Assembly: GCA_014729085.1 (NCBI GenBank)
Contig: WJKM01000011.1
Coordinates: forward strand, 170,852-234,851
From: Candidatus Dojkabacteria bacterium
GTDB taxonomy: Bacteria > Patescibacteriota > Dojkabacteria > B142 > WJKM01
DNA: 64,000 nt
Reading direction: 5' to 3'
Shown here piece after piece: positions 58,671 to 64,000 of the stretch. The position numbers and the translations under genes are program-made. The first letter of the stretch is position 1; each line of letters begins with the position of its first letter. The notes beneath the pieces are model-generated. The model was not told the DNA's origin, made no database searches, and worked only from the letters and a program-made list of their open reading frames with translations.

Positions 58671-60776
58671 ATGATAATAAAAACATTCTCAATAAAAAAT
58701 TTTAAAAAATTTAGAAATGAAACCTTTGAATTTTCCGAAGGTCTGAATATTATTCTTGGACCGAACGAAGCTGGTAAATCTTCACTTGCAGAAGCTTTGA
58801 TCACCTGTCTATTTACCGATCCTACAACAAGATCAAAGAAATTTTTTAATAATTCGAGACCTTGGGGTAAAAGAAAAGAAGACAAACCTATCTTTGAGCT
58901 GGAGTTTATTGAAGGAGAGGGGGAATATATATTAAGAAAGAATTTTTCCGAAAGGGAAGTACTTTTAAAAGAGATACATAAGAATAAAAGTATCACTGGT
59001 AAAACAAAAGTTGCGAATTTCATCGAAAAATCTCTTGGATTTCCTTCTGAAGATATTTACAGATCAACTGGGTTTATAGGACAAAAGGATATACTTAAAG
59101 TACAAAAGTCTGACGATTTTATTACAGCTGTCCAAAATGCCTCTTCAGGAGAGGGAAGGGATGGCGATATTCAGTATGTAATAAGTGAGATTGATAAAGA
59201 AATAAGACAACTTCAAAAAGGACTCAAAAGCCCCTCTAAATCTCCAGGTCCAATCAAGCAAACTAAAGATGCATTGGAAAAAAAGAGGTTTGAACTCTCT
59301 GAATTGGATGAAAAGTGGAAGCAGATTAAAAAGAAAATAACAAATCTGGAAAAGAAGAGACATAAGAGAAAAAAATTAAAAAATAAGATTGAGGTATTAG
59401 AAAAAGTATTGAAAAACCACGAAAAATATAAAACAGCAAGGATTAATTTAGAAGAAACAATAAAAAAAATTAAAGTACTGTCGAAAGACATAAAGAATAT
59501 TGAAGAACTAGATAAGGAAATTGACCAGATGAACTTCAAATTGAAAAAATATGAAAAACTAGAAGGTGTAGATCTAGATGACTTATTATTAAATTTTGCG
59601 AATATTCATAATGATATAAGACTTCGTAAAGAAACAATCAAACAGATAGAGCAAAACATGGAACGAATCGGAAAAGAAGGAACGCATAAATACAGAAAGC
59701 CAATTCTGGGTATCACAATGAGTGTTTTTTTAATCCTTATGGGAGTTTCAATATATCGAAAAAGTGTCTTTCTGTTTATTGTTGATTGTGCAATAGCAAC
59801 AGCAGTTATATTATTTGATTTTTTCGTGATTAATAAAAAAGCACGAAAAAGAAAAACACTAAAACAAAAACAGGAGGACTTAAATGAAATTGCCGAAAGA
59901 GACGAAAAGAAACTTGAATCGATTATGTCAGAATATAATATTTCTACAAAAGAACAGTTTTTATCAATCAAATCGGAAATTAATTCCTTAAACCTAGAAA
60001 TCGAAAAGGCGAAAGCAAATAAGCTTGGAATTCTTGGAGGGAAAACCCTGGAGAGATTAAAAGACGAACAGATTGATTTACTGACTATGAAAAAAGATAT
60101 TGAAATCAATGATTTAACCAACGAGATACTTAACTCTCAACTTGATCCCGAAGAATACAATAGAAAAAAAATAGATTTAGAAAGATTTACTAAAGAATTT
60201 AAAGAAGTACATGAAGAAATTTTGAACCTAGAAGGCAAACTTAATGAAAGTGGTACTTCTTTGGATAACTTACGTAATTTGAAAGCAGAAATAGAAGAGT
60301 TGGAAAAAAACTTAAAATATTATAATTACAGACTAAAGGTACTTATTGGAGTAGAAAAATATTTACAAAAAGCTTTGGAAGATACTTCAAGTCTTGCAAT
60401 CAACATTTTACGCAAAGATATCGAACAATACTTCCCAAAACTAACTAAGCAGAATTATAATAAAGTCAGGATAGATAAGAAATTTAATCTAGAGATTTAT
60501 TCAAATAAATTGGACGATTGGTTAGATCCGGTTGATAACCTTTCTATTGGAACAATAGATCAGATTTATTTCTTATTTAGGTTAGCTTTTGTAAAATTAT
60601 TAGTAAAAAATAAAAAAACAATATTGATCCTTGACGATCCATTTGCAAGTTATGATGAAGACAGATTGGAGAACGTTTTTAATATACTTGATAAAGAACA
60701 GCAGCAGTTTCAGATTTTATTGTTAACTCACGAGACAAGGTATAAAAAATATGGAAAAGTAACTCAAATATATTAG
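58671..60776 (+). CDS. Rad50/SbcC-like (YhaN-type) ATPase with central TM hairpin
   Basis: GPNEAGKS, long coiled coils, LSIGT..Q, LILDDPF, LLTH. Confidence 0.88.
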   Translation: MIIKTFSIKNFKKFRNETFEFSEGLNIILGPNEAGKSSLAEALITCLFTDPTTRSKKFFNNSRPWGKRKEDKPIFELEFIEGEGEYILRKNFSEREVLLKEIHKNKSITGKTKVANFIEKSLGFPSEDIYRSTGFIGQKDILKVQKSDDFITAVQNASSGEGRDGDIQYVISEIDKEIRQLQKGLKSPSKSPGPIKQTKDALEKKRFELSELDEKWKQIKKKITNLEKKRHKRKKLKNKIEVLEKVLKNHEKYKTARINLEETIKKIKVLSKDIKNIEELDKEIDQMNFKLKKYEKLEGVDLDDLLLNFANIHNDIRLRKETIKQIEQNMERIGKEGTHKYRKPILGITMSVFLILMGVSIYRKSVFLFIVDCAIATAVILFDFFVINKKARKRKTLKQKQEDLNEIAERDEKKLESIMSEYNISTKEQFLSIKSEINSLNLEIEKAKANKLGILGGKTLERLKDEQIDLLTMKKDIEINDLTNEILNSQLDPEEYNRKKIDLERFTKEFKEVHEEILNLEGKLNESGTSLDNLRNLKAEIEELEKNLKYYNYRLKVLIGVEKYLQKALEDTSSLAINILRKDIEQYFPKLTKQNYNKVRIDKKFNLEIYSNKLDDWLDPVDNLSIGTIDQIYFLFRLAFVKLLVKNKKTILILDDPFASYDEDRLENVFNILDKEQQQFQILLLTHETRYKKYGKVTQIY

Positions 60777-60843
60777 TATTAGTAGAATCAAAGCAGCATT
60801 CTAATAGGAAGAAGACTTAATATTCAAAGAAACTATATCGAAA

Positions 60844-62598
60844 ATGATACAGATAAAGAAAAACAAAAACAAAAACAAAAAGTTTATAAGTTTAATGCTT
60901 GTATTGATTTTGTTATCTTTCTCAATATTTTCCCCCGTTGTGTTTTCCAGGACTGTCTCAGAAATTCAAGAGGAAATTGATAATAGAAAGGAAGAACTAA
61001 CAAACGTCGATTCTGAAATACAGAAGTTGGAAGAAGATTTAGAATCCCAAAAACAAAAGCTTGCCGAGGTTACTGATAGAAGAGTGAAACTGCGTGGAGA
61101 AATAGAATTAAACAAAAAAGAAGCAGAAATTATTAAAAGAAAAATGCAGGATTTAGAAGAAAAACAGAAACTTAAAGATCTTGAAAAAGAGAAAAGAATG
61201 ACTAAACAGAATAAGATGGTTCAAGGCTTTTATACAGACTGGAAACAGACAAATATAGTTCGAAGCATTCTAAGTTCTGGTGCTACCAATATGATGAAAG
61301 TTGCTGTCTATCAAAATGCAGTTACATTGGATGAACAAGAAAATATCCAATTAATAGAGCAGGAATTATTAGAAATTCAAAAGGAATATGAAAAAGCGGA
61401 GGTTCAGCGCCACGATTATGAGACTAGACTAAATACCTTGGCCAATCAAGCACAGGAAATAGAAAGACTACTTAAAGAACTGGAAGAGAAAATTGCCTCA
61501 AATACGAATGATATAAGTAACTATCGGGCAAAAATTGCTGTTCTGCAGTCCGAGATAGAACAGTTAACAGCCGAGCAAAAAGCAATTCAAGAATATGAAA
61601 ACTCCCTTCTTGCCAAAGATGCTTCAAACGGAGGAACACAGGAGTTGGAAACAGGGGATTTGTATTTTCAGGGGGTAGGGAGGGAAATATATCAAGGCCA
61701 TGGAGTCGGAATGTCACAGTTTGGAGCATTGGGTGCTGCACTGAAAGGCTGGGATTACAAGAAAATACTGGAGTTCTATTATCCAGGTGCAAAGGTTGTG
61801 AAATATACTGAAGTGCAAACACTAAATGTAGATGGATATGGATCTATGTCAATAGAAAATTATGTGGCAGGAGCTGGGGAAATACCTGATTATTCTTGTG
61901 AAGATCTTGAGATTGAATTTGATCACAATAACATTTGGAAATGTTGGCCTAAAGAGGCAATTAAAGCACAGGTTGTAGCATTTAGAACCTACGGTTTGAA
62001 TAAGACAAAAGGAGGATCCAGTATTTGTACAACTGCTAGATGTCAAGTTTACAAAGGTGGAGAGAATAAAAGGTGGGCAGCGGAGGAAACAGAGAGTATG
62101 GTTGTAGTTTATGGGGGAGAACCAATAAGCGCTTTTTATAGCTCTGATAATCATAATGGATGGGGGACTGCAAACAATGACACAGTATGGAGTAATTTCG
62201 AGGGTGAAGGTGTACCAGAGCCTTATTTGAGAGCTGTAAATGATAAAGCCATAGCGTATAAATATACTTATACGGAATGGACCTGGAGAACAAACGGCTA
62301 TTCGATAGAAGATATCGACGGAATGTTGAATTGGAGCATGAGCTCTAACCAAGCATCTGATAAATATAGAACATTCATTACAGATCTCAAAAGTTCTATT
62401 GGGGAATTGAAGGGGCTCGAGTTTGAACGCGATCCATCTGGTAGAGTAAATAAAGTTAAATTAATCGGATCAAGCAAATCAAGATATATGGCCGGATGGC
62501 TATTCAAATCTTTGTGGAATATTTGGATAGGAAATGAAAAACCTTCTGGTGAAGAAGATTATATTTATAGTTTGACTTACTATATGAAGGTTAAATAA
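60844..62598 (+). CDS. coiled-coil + SpoIID/LytB-domain secreted protein
   Basis: Signal, long coiled coil, GHGVGMSQFGA, EAIKAQVVAFRTY, CQVY, PYLRAVND. Confidence 0.88.
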   Translation: MIQIKKNKNKNKKFISLMLVLILLSFSIFSPVVFSRTVSEIQEEIDNRKEELTNVDSEIQKLEEDLESQKQKLAEVTDRRVKLRGEIELNKKEAEIIKRKMQDLEEKQKLKDLEKEKRMTKQNKMVQGFYTDWKQTNIVRSILSSGATNMMKVAVYQNAVTLDEQENIQLIEQELLEIQKEYEKAEVQRHDYETRLNTLANQAQEIERLLKELEEKIASNTNDISNYRAKIAVLQSEIEQLTAEQKAIQEYENSLLAKDASNGGTQELETGDLYFQGVGREIYQGHGVGMSQFGALGAALKGWDYKKILEFYYPGAKVVKYTEVQTLNVDGYGSMSIENYVAGAGEIPDYSCEDLEIEFDHNNIWKCWPKEAIKAQVVAFRTYGLNKTKGGSSICTTARCQVYKGGENKRWAAEETESMVVVYGGEPISAFYSSDNHNGWGTANNDTVWSNFEGEGVPEPYLRAVNDKAIAYKYTYTEWTWRTNGYSIEDIDGMLNWSMSSNQASDKYRTFITDLKSSIGELKGLEFERDPSGRVNKVKLIGSSKSRYMAGWLFKSLWNIWIGNEKPSGEEDYIYSLTYYMKVK

Positions 62599-62820
62599 AT
62601 TTGTATCCAAAGTTGACTTTATTTATATGAAAATGAGATTATAAAGGTGTAGGAGTGCATTTTTAATTTGCCTATTATCTTTTTGTGAATATTAAATATT
62701 CTTCTAACATTCTTAAAAAGCCTGAATTCCCTTCAATTTTATCGAGACTTATTATTTATATACTTATAATTTTTCAAGAGAGGTTTTCTGTAATAAAATA
62801 AATAGTATTATTTATACGAC

Positions 62821-64000
62821 ATGGATGAGAATGAAATTAAAATTAAATATTTTGTAGGAAATACTAAGCCAACAGAATGGACTAGTGTTTATTATTATTC
62901 TCCTCAAAGTCCAGCTGAGATCGAGGAAAAAGGTGAGATCTTCGCTGTTATATCATTGTCCAGCCCGCCTACATTTGATTCAGAAAAAGGAGGGAATTTG
63001 CTTTTAGACAGATTGCATGAATTATATTTTGATTCTGAGAAAGATGGAGTATTGGAATGCTTAGAGTCTGCAATCTATGGAGTACAAAAAAGACTACTGG
63101 AACTTTTAGAAAATGACGAAATCAGTTCTGAAAAAGGAATAGAATTAAATTTAAGTGTCCTAGTTAAGAAAGGTAGATTTGTTTATATAGCTTCCATGGG
63201 TGAATCTAAAGTATATGGGAGCAGAGAAGGAAAGATATCAGATCTAAGTTCTGTATTAAAAGATCCTGACGGCAAGAGAATTATGAAAGTTGGAAGTCTT
63301 GTTGTGAAGGAAGGAGATAGGTTTTTACTATTATCACCGGAAGGGGATTTTGAGATAAAAAGAGAGGAAAGAGAAAAAATTATTGATAAATTTTCTCTAA
63401 GGTATCTAAAAGGAAAAAAGATTGCGAATGAATCTTTAGTTGGAGCTATGCTTGTTGGACTTGAAGAGACAGAAACAAGCATAGATTCTAAAAAAACTCT
63501 TCAATCCAAGATTTCGAAGAAAGAAGAGATCCCATTCGAAGACGTCATTGAGGAAGAAAAGATGTACGAAGAAGAGGTATTAAAAGGAGAAGCTGATGAA
63601 CAAGTTTTCGAAAAGGAAAGTGCTTTTAGTGCACAAATCAAAAATATACAAATTAAAAAGTATTTTGATAATATTTTTAAATCATTTACAGATAATAGAT
63701 ACAATAGAAATGGTAAGACCTACAAAGTAATTGTAATACGGACTATAGATTCTATCACTAAGGGACTGAAAAATATTGGTGAATTTTTATGGTACAAAGT
63801 TCTAGGAATGAAAAAGAAGGGGAGAGGAAGTTTATATATAAGGGAGCAAAATGGAAATATTAATTGGAGACCAATAATACTACTTTCGGTTATTTTCATT
63901 CTTGTTTCCTACTTTATATTTGTTTCTGTAAAGAGGAATAGAGAGCTTGCCGAACATAAGTTTAATATGGAACAGAAATTGAATGAAATAGAGCAGGATA
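62821..64000 (+). CDS. degenerate PP2C-like membrane protein (runs off window)
   Basis: Manual translation MDENEIKIK...ASMGESKVY...GDRFLLLSPEG, acidic linker, TM near 63870. Confidence 0.6.
   Translation, partial: MDENEIKIKYFVGNTKPTEWTSVYYYSPQSPAEIEEKGEIFAVISLSSPPTFDSEKGGNLLLDRLHELYFDSEKDGVLECLESAIYGVQKRLLELLENDEISSEKGIELNLSVLVKKGRFVYIASMGESKVYGSREGKISDLSSVLKDPDGKRIMKVGSLVVKEGDRFLLLSPEGDFEIKREEREKIIDKFSLRYLKGKKIANESLVGAMLVGLEETETSIDSKKTLQSKISKKEEIPFEDVIEEEKMYEEEVLKGEADEQVFEKESAFSAQIKNIQIKKYFDNIFKSFTDNRYNRNGKTYKVIVIRTIDSITKGLKNIGEFLWYKVLGMKKKGRGSLYIREQNGNINWRPIILLSVIFILVSYFIFVSVKRNRELAEHKFNMEQKLNEIEQD

Noticed and set aside
417-63704. Dozens of short ORFs antisense to or overlapping confident genes (e.g. 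417-743, 6479-6883, 24468-24746, 59606-60121, 61849-62352)
   Set aside because: Shadow frames of Lys/Glu-rich genes (Phe/Ser/Leu-rich), no motifs.
1-64000. CRISPR array, tRNA, rRNA, transposase/integrase
   Set aside because: No repeat-spacer periodicity, cloverleaf or recombinase motifs seen by eye.
1-64000. Genetic code 25 (TGA=Gly) as in Gracilibacteria
   Set aside because: Conserved genes are full length under code 11 and some (dnaG, ftsK) end in TGA.

Overview
AT-rich chromosomal window from a Patescibacteria (CPR) bacterium, possibly Dojkabacteria/Microgenomates-like (inferred from a short IF2, sortase, VirB2-like pilin array and degenerate DHH/PP2C proteins). Standard code; TGA is used as stop. 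It spans the likely replication origin (dnaA-dnaN, DnaA boxes, TAG trios) and core genes (dnaG, ftsK, comM, def, hup, serS, argS, pcrA, dnaJ, infB, rlmH, sbcCD-like). The most striking content is five lysine-poor, very acidic predicted lipoproteins that begin MEQE(R/S), mostly with their own promoter. Each carries a different enzyme-like C-terminal domain (papain-like Cys-His, Tiki/EreA-like, zincin-like EExxE), and two share a near-identical 147-bp leader cassette, suggesting a modular exported-effector family. Also found: a seven-gene pilin-domain array, an argS T-box, a 10-bp-phased repeat array before an ECF sigma gene, two candidate small RNAs, a LexA lacking its cleavage site, a CIRCE and a candidate parS. 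I saw no tRNA, rRNA, CRISPR array or transposase. Assignments come from motif recognition by eye, not database searches.
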